The notes beneath the pieces are model-generated. The model did no database searches. It was not told the DNA's origin and saw nothing but the letters and a program-made list of their open reading frames with translations. Shown here piece by piece: positions 30,064-39,847 of a stretch of 64,000 nt of DNA (position 1 is its first letter; each line of letters begins with the position of its first letter). The stretch is from the IMG/VR virus record IMGVR_UViG_3300027969_000046. One strand, given 5' to 3'. Source of the stretch: a virus. The translations under genes were made by a program, and so were the position numbers.

Positions 30064-30599
30064 TGCCTTTAGTTCTCAATAGTTCATCAATCACAGGATT
30101 AGCTTCTTCTGGTGGTTTTTCATCCAGACAAACTGGTGAAGTGCTGCAAGTTGTGAGTGCAAATACAAGAACATACTCTACAACATCGACCACAGGCTCT
30201 TGGATAGATAGTGGAATTTCAGCGTCTATTACACCAACAAGTTCATCTAGTAGGATTTTAGTTATAGCTGCTCCTAGTGTGTTAATAGATAGAGTTTCAA
30301 GTTTCGACAATCTTGCGTTTTTAATTGTAGATAGAAGCGGAACAAAACTAGCTGCAAGTTTTACCAATTTAAGAGCTTACGATAGAGGTGGATCAGGAAA
30401 TCAGCTTCAAACTAAACCATCTGTTTCATTTGTAGATAGTCCTTCAACAACAAGTAGTATAACATATAAAATTTATTCTTGGTTGCCTTCATCTGGAGCA
30501 ATTACTGTTTCTTTTAATTCAACAGAAGGAGCGAGTCCATCAGTTGATGGACTTACAGAGTGTGCCAGCACATTAACTTTAATGGAGATTGCAGGATGA
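30063..30599 (+). CDS. Receptor-binding tip protein
   Basis: G.VLQVV, ITP.S.SS.ILV, DSP.TTS.ITYK and LTLMEIA motifs of phage fibre-tip domains. Confidence 0.65.
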   Translation: MPLVLNSSSITGLASSGGFSSRQTGEVLQVVSANTRTYSTTSTTGSWIDSGISASITPTSSSSRILVIAAPSVLIDRVSSFDNLAFLIVDRSGTKLAASFTNLRAYDRGGSGNQLQTKPSVSFVDSPSTTSSITYKIYSWLPSSGAITVSFNSTEGASPSVDGLTECASTLTLMEIAG

Positions 30600-30898
30600 T
30601 TATTACTAAAATAAAAGCAATCTTATCTCTTGTTCCAAATGCTCAAGTCAATATTTATGGTAATGATGTTCAATGGGTTAATCCTGTTATTGCTCCAGTA
30701 ACTAACGAACAGATTGACAATGAACTTCTTCGTCTTACAGCAGAATACGAAGCCAAGCAATATCAAAGAAATCGTGCTTTAGAATACCCATCATACACAG
30801 ATTACCTTGACGGTGTAGTGAAAGGTGACCAAGAACAAATTGATGCCTATATTGCAGCCTGCCAGGCCGTTAAGACTAAATATCCAAAACCAGAGTAA
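30596..30898 (+). CDS. Fibre assembly chaperone-like protein
   Basis: Y.R.R..EYP....LD......VK.KYPK; ATGA overlap start at 30596; related to 40236..40634. Confidence 0.65.
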   Translation: MIITKIKAILSLVPNAQVNIYGNDVQWVNPVIAPVTNEQIDNELLRLTAEYEAKQYQRNRALEYPSYTDYLDGVVKGDQEQIDAYIAACQAVKTKYPKPE

Positions 30899-30901
30899 AC
30901 T

Positions 30902-31465
30902 ATGAGCGTCTTAAAATTAAATCAAATACAAACGGCCAATGGCGTTATTATGGCTAACCTTAATTCCAGCGGAGCAAATACTGGATTTCAATTGCCATAC
31001 GGTTTAGCACCATGTGTTGCTGCTTATAATAACGGAACATTTACTGTCTCAGCTTCAACAAATACTGCTTTAGTTGCCGATGCAAAACAATTTGATACTG
31101 GTGGTTGTTTTAATGCCACTGGATCCACAGCAACATTAAACGGAGTATCTGTTCCTGCTTATTCGTTTGGACCTAATATTGCTGGTTATTACCTAGTCAC
31201 CGTTGGATTTTGGATACCTACAGCGGCATCTGGTAATGCATTTACAAAAATTTATAAAAATGGTAGTCAATATAGAGCTGGTGGGTCTATTCCAATGAAT
31301 GGTACAAACTCAATGCAAATGACTACTACTGGTGTTGTTTATATGAATGGAACATCTGATTATCTTCAAGGATATGTTTATCACACATATAGTGGTTCTT
31401 TGAATTTTAACAATGCTGATCCTTCATATAACTATTTCAATGCTGCTTTGATTCGGAGTGCATAA
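30902..31465 (+). CDS. C1q/TNF-like receptor-binding tip protein 2
   Basis: FDT...F, P..AGYY, IYKNG and YMNG.SDY; paralog of 29354..29884. Confidence 0.65.
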   Translation: MSVLKLNQIQTANGVIMANLNSSGANTGFQLPYGLAPCVAAYNNGTFTVSASTNTALVADAKQFDTGGCFNATGSTATLNGVSVPAYSFGPNIAGYYLVTVGFWIPTAASGNAFTKIYKNGSQYRAGGSIPMNGTNSMQMTTTGVVYMNGTSDYLQGYVYHTYSGSLNFNNADPSYNYFNAALIRSA

Positions 31466-31629
31466 TGACTTTATATGAAAAAATCAAATCAATTTATCCA
31501 GAACTTACTACTGAAGATTTTATGGTAAAAATTAATCTTCAGAATGATGGTGGAGATGATTACATCAAGTCTTGGAATCACCCAACATTAACACAACCAA
31601 CTCAAGCTCAGTTGGATGCAGCAGAATAA
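31465..31629 (+). CDS. XkdW-like fibre chaperone 2
   Basis: Hand translation MTLYEKIKSIYPELTTEDF...INLQNDGGDDYIKSWNHPTLTQPTQAQLDAAE; paralog of 29884..30063. Confidence 0.7.
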   Translation: MTLYEKIKSIYPELTTEDFMVKINLQNDGGDDYIKSWNHPTLTQPTQAQLDAAE

Positions 31630-31656
31630 ATAAAAGATTAATAGAGAGAACATAAA

Positions 31657-32844
31657 GTGGCAATTACTAAGGTTGTTCCTGCCGTCATCGCAGTAACTAA
31701 TAATATTACATCCAATACATTTGGATCCGCTAATACTATTCCATCATTTCAAGTGGATGGTTCTGGTGTTATTGTTGCGGCTTCAAACACAGCAATTACT
31801 CTTACTGCAAACTCAGTAGCAAATAACCAATTTCAGACCGGTTCTGTTGAGAACTATTTGAATGCTTCTGGTGGTTCATTGAGTGGTCGTAATAGAATTA
31901 TTAACGGCGCCATGATGATTGACCAACGGAATGCTGGAGCAGCTCTAACACCAACAAATGGACAATATACACTAGACAGATGGATTGCTTATATGGCAGC
32001 ATCTGCTAAATTTTCTGTTCAACAAGATACATCCGCTAACACAGTTGCTGGGTTTACCAGTTCAATGAAGATAACTTCTTTATCAGCTTATTCAGTAGGA
32101 TCAGCTGATGAATTTAATATTAATCAAGCAATTGAAGGTTTTAATTTTGGCGATTTAAGATGGGGGACAGCTAACGCTGCACCAATCACAGTATCATTTT
32201 GGGTTCGTTCATCATTAACTGGAACACATGGTGGTTGTGTAAGAAATTATGACATTTCAAGGTCATATCCATTCTCATACACTATTGTAGCCGCTAATAC
32301 TTGGGAAAAGAAAACAATTACAGTTTCTGGTGACACATCAGGAACATGGGTTGGTTTATCAAATGCTGGTGCGGTATGGTTAACATTTGGATTGGGAACA
32401 GGATCAACTCTGTCTAATACTGCTGGTGCTTGGGTTGCAGGAAATTACACAAATGCCACTGGAGCAGTTTCATTAGTTGGTACAAACGGAGCTACTTGGT
32501 ATGTTACTGGTGTTCAAATTGAAAAAGGTTCACAGGCAACTCCTTTTGAAAATCGCCAATATGGTAATGAGTTAGCTTTGTGCCAACGTTATTATGAAAC
32601 TTTAGGATTTAACGAATCAAGTGGTCCAGTTGTTTTTGGTCATATTTACAATGGCTCAAATAGTTTGGCAAATGTATCTTTTAAAGTTAACAAGAGAGCA
32701 GAGCCAACTATGACAGCATTTAATTATACAAATTTACCAAGCTTTGGTGCTACGTCATACAACAATTATCATGGGTTTTATATGTATTGGGCTGGAGTAA
32801 CTGGTGCAATTAATTCTGGATGGAAAGCATCCGCGGAGCTATAA
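31657..32844 (+). CDS. Fibre/receptor-binding protein (carbohydrate-binding-like domain)
   Basis: RNRIING.M.IDQR, DRW, SFWVRSS.TG, TGVQ.E.G..ATPFE.R....EL.LCQRYY; GTG start; AATAAATA at 31625-31632. Confidence 0.7.
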   Translation: MAITKVVPAVIAVTNNITSNTFGSANTIPSFQVDGSGVIVAASNTAITLTANSVANNQFQTGSVENYLNASGGSLSGRNRIINGAMMIDQRNAGAALTPTNGQYTLDRWIAYMAASAKFSVQQDTSANTVAGFTSSMKITSLSAYSVGSADEFNINQAIEGFNFGDLRWGTANAAPITVSFWVRSSLTGTHGGCVRNYDISRSYPFSYTIVAANTWEKKTITVSGDTSGTWVGLSNAGAVWLTFGLGTGSTLSNTAGAWVAGNYTNATGAVSLVGTNGATWYVTGVQIEKGSQATPFENRQYGNELALCQRYYETLGFNESSGPVVFGHIYNGSNSLANVSFKVNKRAEPTMTAFNYTNLPSFGATSYNNYHGFYMYWAGVTGAINSGWKASAEL

Positions 32845-33002
32845 TGTATAAATTACTACTTGAACCTTTAACTGGCAGACAAAATATGGTTTTGCGTTTA
32901 TCTGATAACGCAAACATACCTATGTCGGAAAATAACCGTGACTACCAAGAATACTTAAAGTGGGTTGCTGAAGGTAACACTCCAGAACCTGCTGACGAAT
33001 AA
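32844..33002 (+). CDS. Small fibre chaperone
   Basis: IP....N.DYQEYL.W.A.GNTP.PAD; start at the TAATG overlap. Confidence 0.7.
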   Translation: MYKLLLEPLTGRQNMVLRLSDNANIPMSENNRDYQEYLKWVAEGNTPEPADE

Positions 33003-33017
33003 GAGATAAATAAAAGA
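32940..33017 (+). repeat. 78-bp imperfect direct repeat, copy 1 (copy 2 at 34381-34458)
   Basis: GACTACCAAGAATA...GCTGACGAATAAGAGATAAATAAAAGA; last 27 bp identical and include the late promoter GATAAATA. Confidence 0.85.
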
Positions 33018-33022
33018 CTACT

Positions 33023-34267
33023 ATGCCTTTATCAAGAATAAACACCGCATCAATCGCAAACAATACCATTATTGCGGCTGACCTTGTTCAATACTCAATC
33101 ACTGCTAATTTGATTGCTAATGGTGCAATTACTTCAACACAGATTGCTAGTAATACATTAAGCAACACAGTATTTCAAACAGGTTCTGTTGAGAATTATA
33201 TGGGTTCTCAAGGCACATCATTTGGTATCCGTAATAAAATCATTAATGGTTCTATGGCAATTGACCAACGGAGTAATGGTGCTAGTGTTACTGCAACAAC
33301 TTCAGCGCCATATACACTTGATAGATGGTATGCTTTTGGTTCAGTTGATTCAAAATTTACCGTTCAACGAGATTCTTCAGCAAATACAGTTGCTGGTTTT
33401 GCCAATTCATTAAAGGTTGTTTCTTCTTCTGCTTACACAGTAGGTTCTGCCGAACAATACAATGTTGCACAAGTAATTGAAGGTTCTAATATTGCTGATT
33501 TAGCTTGGGGTACCGCTTCAGCTAAAACAGTTACATTATCATTTTGGGTTCGTTCTTCATTAACTGGTACTTTTGGTGGTTCATTAAGAAATGTTGGAAC
33601 TGCTTATTCATACCCATTCAGTTACACAATTGTTGCTGCCGATACTTGGGAACAAAAAGTAATTACTATTGCTGGTCCAACAAGTGGAACTTGGGGTTCA
33701 ACTAATGGTGTTGGTACATATGTTAACTTTAGTATGGGTGCAGGTTCTACATTAGTTGGAACTGCTGGGTCTTGGTCTTTAAATAATTATACTTCAGCTA
33801 CAGGTGCAACATCAGTAGTTGGTACTTCTGGTGCTACTTGGTATCTCACTGGTGTCCAATTGGAAAAAGGTTCACAGGCAACACCTTTTGAATTCCGTCC
33901 TTTTGGTACGGAATTAAATCTTTGTATGCGGTACTTTTTAAGATATGGTGGAACTGGTAACTATGAATATGTTAACTTTAGCCCTTTAATTGCAACATCA
34001 GGAACAGATTGTTATGGTTGTGTTACTAACCCTGTCCAGATGAGAGCAGTACCAAGTTATTCTGCAAACAACATTAGGATTGTTGACGAAAATGCAAGTT
34101 ACGGTGCGGCAACTATTGTGGGAAGTGGAGCCACTTATGGCAATTATTTTGGTACAGAAGTTAGATTTATAGTTGCCTCTGGTTTAACTCAATACAGACC
34201 TTATTTTGCACAAATGAATGGTGGAACAACCAGCGCATATTACTTATACATGAGTGCGGAGTTATAA
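33023..34267 (+). CDS. Fibre/receptor-binding protein, paralog of 31657..32844
   Basis: Shared core through ATPFE.R..G.EL.LC.RY, divergent C-terminal ~100 aa; both end SAEL. Confidence 0.7.
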   Translation: MPLSRINTASIANNTIIAADLVQYSITANLIANGAITSTQIASNTLSNTVFQTGSVENYMGSQGTSFGIRNKIINGSMAIDQRSNGASVTATTSAPYTLDRWYAFGSVDSKFTVQRDSSANTVAGFANSLKVVSSSAYTVGSAEQYNVAQVIEGSNIADLAWGTASAKTVTLSFWVRSSLTGTFGGSLRNVGTAYSYPFSYTIVAADTWEQKVITIAGPTSGTWGSTNGVGTYVNFSMGAGSTLVGTAGSWSLNNYTSATGATSVVGTSGATWYLTGVQLEKGSQATPFEFRPFGTELNLCMRYFLRYGGTGNYEYVNFSPLIATSGTDCYGCVTNPVQMRAVPSYSANNIRIVDENASYGAATIVGSGATYGNYFGTEVRFIVASGLTQYRPYFAQMNGGTTSAYYLYMSAEL

Positions 34268-34269
34268 AA

Positions 34270-34443
34270 ATGATTACTTATAAATTAAACAAAGACAGAA
34301 GAACTGGTGAAGATTGCTCAGTAAATAGAACTGATGAAAACGGACAAGTTTGGTCTATTCCTTTTGACCCAGCCAACACCGACTACCAAGAATATCTAAA
34401 GTGGGTTGCTGCTGGCAATACTCCACAACCCGCTGACGAATAA
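34270..34443 (+). CDS. Small fibre chaperone, paralog of 32844..33002
   Basis: Hand translation MITYKLNKDRR...IPFDPANTDYQEYLKWVAAGNTPQPADE. Confidence 0.75.
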   Translation: MITYKLNKDRRTGEDCSVNRTDENGQVWSIPFDPANTDYQEYLKWVAAGNTPQPADE

Positions 34444-34458
34444 GAGATAAATAAAAGA
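34381..34458 (+). repeat. 78-bp imperfect direct repeat, copy 2
   Basis: Matches 32940-33017. Confidence 0.85.
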
Positions 34459-34460
34459 AT

Positions 34461-34883
34461 ATGTCATACTTAGGAAATCAAATAATCAATGGTTCGTTCA
34501 GAACAGAGTATTTCTCTGGTACTGGAAGTCAAACCACATACTCGCTGTCATATGGCACAGGTAACGAATCATCTGTTATCGTTTGTATTTCCGGTGTTAA
34601 GCAGAAAGCAGATTCGTATGCTTTGATTAACGGACAAATCGTATTTACTGAAGCACCACCAAGTGGTTCCAGTAATATCGAATTAACTTACCTTGGCGAA
34701 AGAGTTTTGGTCAACCCATACCTTTCTGCTGATTCACAAGGTATCGTAAGAATTAACGCTAATATTCTAACAGAGAATTGCACAATTACCACCGGCTATA
34801 ATGCGTCCTCTGCCGGGCCACTTACGCTGGCCAACAATGTTGTGGTCACGGTTTCCAATAATTCAACGTGGACAATAGTTTAA
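34461..34883 (+). CDS. Fibre branch protein (YLGN/FTEAPP domain plus SAGP domain)
   Basis: N-terminal half resembles 26237..26908; C-terminal half resembles 29076..29354. Confidence 0.6.
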   Translation: MSYLGNQIINGSFRTEYFSGTGSQTTYSLSYGTGNESSVIVCISGVKQKADSYALINGQIVFTEAPPSGSSNIELTYLGERVLVNPYLSADSQGIVRINANILTENCTITTGYNASSAGPLTLANNVVVTVSNNSTWTIV

Positions 34884-34892
34884 GAGAAAAAT

Positions 34893-35996
34893 ATGGCTGG
34901 TAAAATTATAGCAGACACAATACAAACTGAAGCTTCATTTCTTCAGATGAATGTCAGCAACACACGAGTTGCTACCATGAATTCTTCAGGCATCTATTCA
35001 TCATCTGGTGCTAAGATGATTGGTACTGATGGTTCTATTGGTAATTCCACAATCTCTGGTGCAACAATTACTTCTTCGACTGTTTCAGGCAACTTAAATT
35101 TTGATTCTACTGGCACAACAGGCTTTAATACTGCAACAGCTAACACAGTAAGAGTTCATACTGCTGGCGTTGAAGCGGTTAGAGTTACTTCTGGTGGAGA
35201 TGTTGGAATTGGAGGAATTACTCCTTCTGGCGGTTCTGGTTTTACTGCATCAAGAAGATTGTTGCACGTTTATTCTGCAACAGGATCTGGAAATGCTCAA
35301 ATTCATCTTGGTGGAACTTCAGGTACTATGTTGGACCATGATGATAGTAATTACACAATTGCTACATTACGAAATTTGTATGGAGCATCTGATGCAAGAG
35401 CTTTAATGCAAATTCAGTCAGGTTATATGACTTTTGGTACCGGAACATCATACACAGAAGCTATGCGTATTGATGCTTCTGGTAGTATGCAGATTGGTGG
35501 TACCGCAAGCCCTAGCGGTACTCAACGAATTGTTACTCATGCAAATGGAGCTAATGGTGTTGAGCATATGCTTTTTAATGAATTACGAACAAGTTCTGCT
35601 ACAGAAAATTATGTTCGTTTTTATAGAAACGGCAGCCAAGTAGGTACTATTTCAAACACATTAAGTGCAACTGCTTACAACACATCTTCTGATTACAGAT
35701 TAAAACAAAATATTGCACCTATGACTGGTGCTTTGTCTAAAGTAGCTCAGTTAAAACCAGTAACATACAAGTGGAAAGTGGATGGTTCTAATGGCCAAGG
35801 TTTTATTGCTCACGAATTACAAGCTGTTGTACCTGATTGCGTAACTGGTCAAAAAGATGCGGTTGATGATGAAGGGAATCCACAATATCAAGGTGTTGAT
35901 GTTTCATTCTTAGTGGCAACATTAACTGCTGCTATCCAAGAACAACAAGCAATCATTTCTGACCTCAAAGCTCGTATTGAAGCTTTAGAAGCATAA
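34893..35996 (+). CDS. Tail fibre/spike with C-terminal intramolecular chaperone (peptidase S74)
   Basis: SSDYRLKQNI cleavage motif, GFIAHELQ.V.P and a terminal coiled coil. Confidence 0.85.
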   Translation: MAGKIIADTIQTEASFLQMNVSNTRVATMNSSGIYSSSGAKMIGTDGSIGNSTISGATITSSTVSGNLNFDSTGTTGFNTATANTVRVHTAGVEAVRVTSGGDVGIGGITPSGGSGFTASRRLLHVYSATGSGNAQIHLGGTSGTMLDHDDSNYTIATLRNLYGASDARALMQIQSGYMTFGTGTSYTEAMRIDASGSMQIGGTASPSGTQRIVTHANGANGVEHMLFNELRTSSATENYVRFYRNGSQVGTISNTLSATAYNTSSDYRLKQNIAPMTGALSKVAQLKPVTYKWKVDGSNGQGFIAHELQAVVPDCVTGQKDAVDDEGNPQYQGVDVSFLVATLTAAIQEQQAIISDLKARIEALEA

Positions 35997-36025
35997 TAAA
36001 TACTAGATTAAATTAAAGAGATAAC

Positions 36026-36751
36026 ATGGCCGGTACACTTAATGTAGATACACTAAAAGCAGACAGTAACCTAAAGTTACAAATTGCTTCTGCCAATGTG
36101 GCATTTATTGATGCTAATGGATTGACCATTGTTGGTAATTCATTGAATGTTGGTGGCGGTAGAATTGTTGTTACTTCAAATAACTCTATCTCAACACCAT
36201 CAGTTATTGGTGCAAACCTTGTTACTGCAACAGGTACAACTGCATTAGGTATTACTGCAAACGGACAGATTACAACTGCTAATGCACCATTCATTTTAAC
36301 TGGTGGTCAGTTACAGTTTCCTGCTACACAGATTGCTTCAGGTGATGGTAACTGCTTAGATGATTATGAAGAAGGTACTTGGACACCTAGTGTTGGTGGA
36401 AATGCTACATACACAAACCAATATGGAATTTATGTAAAAGTTGGAAGAATGGTTTATGCTGCATTTGACTTTACTATAAATGTTATTGGTACAGGAAGCA
36501 CATCTACATTATCAGGATTTCCATTCACTACAACCGGCGCAGGATTTCCATATACTGGTTCAACTTCATATTGGGCATCATTAACAACAAACCTTGTTTA
36601 TCTAGGTTTTTATATGCAAAATGCTGCTACAACCGCATTGTTTGTTGGAAATAGTGCAACTTCTGGAACAACTATACAATATAACTCATTTGGCGTTCTT
36701 GGAAATAGTGCAAGAATTGTTGGATCGGTTGTTTATGAATCAGCAGCTTAA
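36026..36751 (+). CDS. Fibre tip protein
   Basis: LDDYEEGTWTP, G.Y.K.G..V and GFPF motifs. Confidence 0.7.
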   Translation: MAGTLNVDTLKADSNLKLQIASANVAFIDANGLTIVGNSLNVGGGRIVVTSNNSISTPSVIGANLVTATGTTALGITANGQITTANAPFILTGGQLQFPATQIASGDGNCLDDYEEGTWTPSVGGNATYTNQYGIYVKVGRMVYAAFDFTINVIGTGSTSTLSGFPFTTTGAGFPYTGSTSYWASLTTNLVYLGFYMQNAATTALFVGNSATSGTTIQYNSFGVLGNSARIVGSVVYESAA

Positions 36752-36760
36752 GGATTAATT

Positions 36761-37018
36761 ATGGCACTTACAGAATCTACAAAAATTGACCAAATTGAAG
36801 TTGTAAACGATTGGAATATCCAAGTTCGCCAAGCAACTACCATTGAAAAAGATGGCGTTCAAGTAGCGAGAACTTTTCATCGCTGGGTATTAACTCCCGA
36901 TTCAGATATTTCTGCACAAGAACAAAAAGTAAAAGACATTGCTAATGCCGCATGGACAACTGAAGTTCGTGCCGCTTATACTGCCTTCAAAGAAGAGCAA
37001 GCTTCTAAATTTAATTAA
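36761..37018 (+). CDS. Small fibre-associated chaperone-like protein
   Basis: D.IEV....IQVR.A....DG....R.FHR..L.P, typical partner downstream of DDYEEG-type fibres. Confidence 0.6.
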   Translation: MALTESTKIDQIEVVNDWNIQVRQATTIEKDGVQVARTFHRWVLTPDSDISAQEQKVKDIANAAWTTEVRAAYTAFKEEQASKFN

Positions 37019-37027
37019 AGAGATAAT

Positions 37028-37552
37028 ATGGCCGGTTCAATTTTAGTATCGTCAGTAACACTAGATTCAGATAATACATTTAGTATTCTGAGTAATACTG
37101 GCTCAACTTTGTTTTCTACAAATGCAGCTGGTGTGCCTCAGATGTTTATTGCCAATGGCGTTTTCACAATGTCTGGCCAGCAACTTGCTGTTAACTCAAA
37201 TAGTTTTGCTGGTTACAAAATTCTTGGTCAAATTGCGACAACTGCAAACTCTATTGCTAACGTTTATGTTGTTCCATCAACATCTTACACATCATTGAAT
37301 TCTATTACTGTTTGTAACGGCACACCAAACGCAGTTGTATTTGATTTGGCAGTTAGACCTACATCAGAAGCGCTTGCTACAAAGCATTATCTAATTAAAG
37401 GTTTAACAATACCTGCAGCCGATACATTGATATTGGAACCAGGCATTACATTACCAGCAAATTCTATTCTTGCAGCCAATACGACCGGTGCCAATGCGGC
37501 AACATCTGCTGCTGGGGTTTCAGTTCACGCATACGGAGTTGAGTTAATATAA
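37028..37552 (+). CDS. Adaptor: MAG-type N-terminus fused to a family-A domain
   Basis: YKILGQ...NVYVVP, I.VCN and GITL....L; ends GVELI. Confidence 0.6.
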   Translation: MAGSILVSSVTLDSDNTFSILSNTGSTLFSTNAAGVPQMFIANGVFTMSGQQLAVNSNSFAGYKILGQIATTANSIANVYVVPSTSYTSLNSITVCNGTPNAVVFDLAVRPTSEALATKHYLIKGLTIPAADTLILEPGITLPANSILAANTTGANAATSAAGVSVHAYGVELI

Positions 37553-37890
37553 TGGCAAACGCATATAAAATTCTTGGTCAATTAAATCCGACTGCAAACA
37601 CACAAGGTAATGTGTATGTTGTTCCTAGTTCAACAGCTGCGGTTGTAAGTTCTATTATTATTGCCAATCAATCAACAAGTAATGCTTCTTATAGCATTAT
37701 CGTAATGCCTTCTGCTAACTTCTCAACAAGTGCAGCTAATACATACTTTGTCATTCGTGGTGGCGTTGCGCCAGCGAGTGATACAGGAACTCTCAATATT
37801 GGATTAACTTTGCCACCTGGCGCTGTATTGGCGGCAAACGCATCTTCTTCAAGTATCTCAATTTCAGCCTTCGGCGTTGAAGTATCTTAA
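37552..37890 (+). CDS. Fibre adaptor protein (family A)
   Basis: Paralog of 26912..27250. Confidence 0.65.
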   Translation: MANAYKILGQLNPTANTQGNVYVVPSSTAAVVSSIIIANQSTSNASYSIIVMPSANFSTSAANTYFVIRGGVAPASDTGTLNIGLTLPPGAVLAANASSSSISISAFGVEVS

Positions 37891-37904
37891 CAATTTAGGA
37901 TGTT

Positions 37905-38855
37905 ATGGCGATAGAATATTTTAATAATACTAAAAATGGTTCTTTTGTAAGACCAGCTGGTTATACTTTTCCAGCTGGCTTAAGTAACATTGGTCAACCA
38001 GTCAATGGACCAACTTCAGTAGAATATCTTATAGTTGCTGGTGGCGGTTATGGTGGCAGTGATATGGTTCAAGGCGGCGGTGGCGGAGGCGGATATATTG
38101 AGGGCACAAATACAATTTCAATTGGCCAAAATTATACAATTACTGTTGGTGGCGGTGCTAGTGTTGGTTCTGGCACAACAGGTTCAAATTCTGTTTTTGG
38201 TAGCATAACTGCAATCGGTGGTGGTTCAGGTGCTGGAAATAATTCACCATTAAAAGGCGGCGGTTCAGGCGCAGGCGGTTCAGGTCCATCATCTGATCCA
38301 AGTTGGACTAGTAGTGACCAAGGTGCAGGCCTTCAGTCAAGTTCTCCATCTAATGGACCAGGAACTGGTTACGGAAATGTTGGCGGTGGCCACACATCAA
38401 AGAATGGATATGCAAGCGGCGGAGGTGGTGGTGCTGGCGGCTCTGGTGGTTCAACACCTCCAGGCGGCGGTTCTAATCCAAACTATGCGGCAGGTGGCGC
38501 AGGCGGTTCAGGTAAAGCTTCGCCAATATCAGGTCCATCAGTAACATATGCTGGCGGTGGCGGCGGCGGCGGTTATTTTATTGGTGGTCCCGCAGGTACT
38601 CCTGGCGGTCAAGGTGGCCACGGAGGCGGTGGTAGCCAACAAGCGACCGCAGGCGCAACAAATACTGGCGGCGGCGGCGGTTGTGGACAACCAGGTGCTG
38701 GGAACGGCGGCTCAGGCGTTGTGATTATTCGTTACTCTAGCGCAAGTCAACTGGCCACAGGCGGAACAGTTACAACTTCTGGCGGATATCAAATACATAC
38801 ATTTACTGGTGATGGCACATTCAGAGCAAATGCAGCAACATATTCTGTTAACTAA
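37905..38855 (+). CDS. Glycine-rich adhesin-like protein 3
   Basis: VEYLIVAGGG, GSGVVIIRY and IHTFTGDG. Confidence 0.75.
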   Translation: MAIEYFNNTKNGSFVRPAGYTFPAGLSNIGQPVNGPTSVEYLIVAGGGYGGSDMVQGGGGGGGYIEGTNTISIGQNYTITVGGGASVGSGTTGSNSVFGSITAIGGGSGAGNNSPLKGGGSGAGGSGPSSDPSWTSSDQGAGLQSSSPSNGPGTGYGNVGGGHTSKNGYASGGGGGAGGSGGSTPPGGGSNPNYAAGGAGGSGKASPISGPSVTYAGGGGGGGYFIGGPAGTPGGQGGHGGGGSQQATAGATNTGGGGGCGQPGAGNGGSGVVIIRYSSASQLATGGTVTTSGGYQIHTFTGDGTFRANAATYSVN

Positions 38856-38870
38856 TAACATCATTACATT

Positions 38871-39806
38871 ATGCCTTCAGTTAAATATCTAAATTCTGCC
38901 CGCAACGGAAAATTTGTAAGGCCGCAAGGGTCTGCTTTTCCTGTTGGATTAAATCAAAAAAGCTCTGCATTTTCAGTTGAATATCTTGTAGTTGCTGGCG
39001 GTGGTGCTGGAGCTTGGGCAAACGGCGGTGGCGGCGGTGCCGGAGGTTTTAGGACAGGATCTGGTCATTCAATAACAACAGCAACTCCGTATGCAGTTAC
39101 AGTAGGTGGAGGTGGTGTTGGAAATAATACTCCTAATACACGAGGTAGTAATGGTTCCAGTTCTATTTTCTCATCAATAACTTCTTTGGGTGGTGGTGGT
39201 GCTGGCACATTTTCTTCTAGTGCTGATGTCCGTAATGGATGTTCAGGTGGTTCTGGTGGCGGCGGAGGATCAAATAATCCAGCTGGCATAGGTTCTGGCG
39301 GAGCAGGAACACCAGGAGAAGGAAATAATGGCGGTGGAGGAAACAACGATGGTGCAACATATACCGCTGGCGGCGGTGGCGGAGGAGCTGGTGCCGCTGG
39401 AACAACCGTACCAAATGGTTCAACAGCAGGAAATGGTGGAGATGGATCAGCTTCTTCTATAAGTGGTACATCCACTTATTATGGCGGCGGCGGCGGCGGC
39501 ACATCACAAGGACCTAATCCAGGCACAACGCCTGCCTTAGGTGGAGGCGGAAGAGGTAGTAAAAATCCTGGAACTGCTTCAACAGGTGGTTCAACAAATA
39601 CTGGCGGTGGCGGCGGCGGAGATGCTGGTGGACCATGGGGAGCAGGAATAGGAAGTCCAGGAGGCTCAGGTATCGTAATTATTCGTTACTCTGGTACACA
39701 AGCTGCTACTGGTGGTACTGTAACTTCTTCAGGTGGAAATACCATACATACATTTACTGGCGATGGTACATTTACAGCCAATAACACAACTTATTCAGTC
39801 AATTAA
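38871..39806 (+). CDS. Glycine-rich adhesin-like protein 4
   Basis: Same motifs as the other three. Confidence 0.75.
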   Translation: MPSVKYLNSARNGKFVRPQGSAFPVGLNQKSSAFSVEYLVVAGGGAGAWANGGGGGAGGFRTGSGHSITTATPYAVTVGGGGVGNNTPNTRGSNGSSSIFSSITSLGGGGAGTFSSSADVRNGCSGGSGGGGGSNNPAGIGSGGAGTPGEGNNGGGGNNDGATYTAGGGGGGAGAAGTTVPNGSTAGNGGDGSASSISGTSTYYGGGGGGTSQGPNPGTTPALGGGGRGSKNPGTASTGGSTNTGGGGGGDAGGPWGAGIGSPGGSGIVIIRYSGTQAATGGTVTSSGGNTIHTFTGDGTFTANNTTYSVN

Positions 39807-39810
39807 ACCT

Positions 39811-39818
39811 TATAAATA
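39811..39818 (+). promoter_or_regulatory. Late promoter TATAAATA
   Basis: Perfect consensus, intergenic. Confidence 0.85.
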
Positions 39819-39847
39819 AAGGTATCTTTTTATATTAGGAGTTTTAA

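Noticed and set aside
31657-34267. Possible diversity-generating retroelement (TR/VR pair) in the paralogous fibre genes, prompted also by the Mtd-like N-terminus at 47898
   Set aside because: Differences between copies are not adenine-specific, both copies are full coding genes, and there is no reverse transcriptase in the window.
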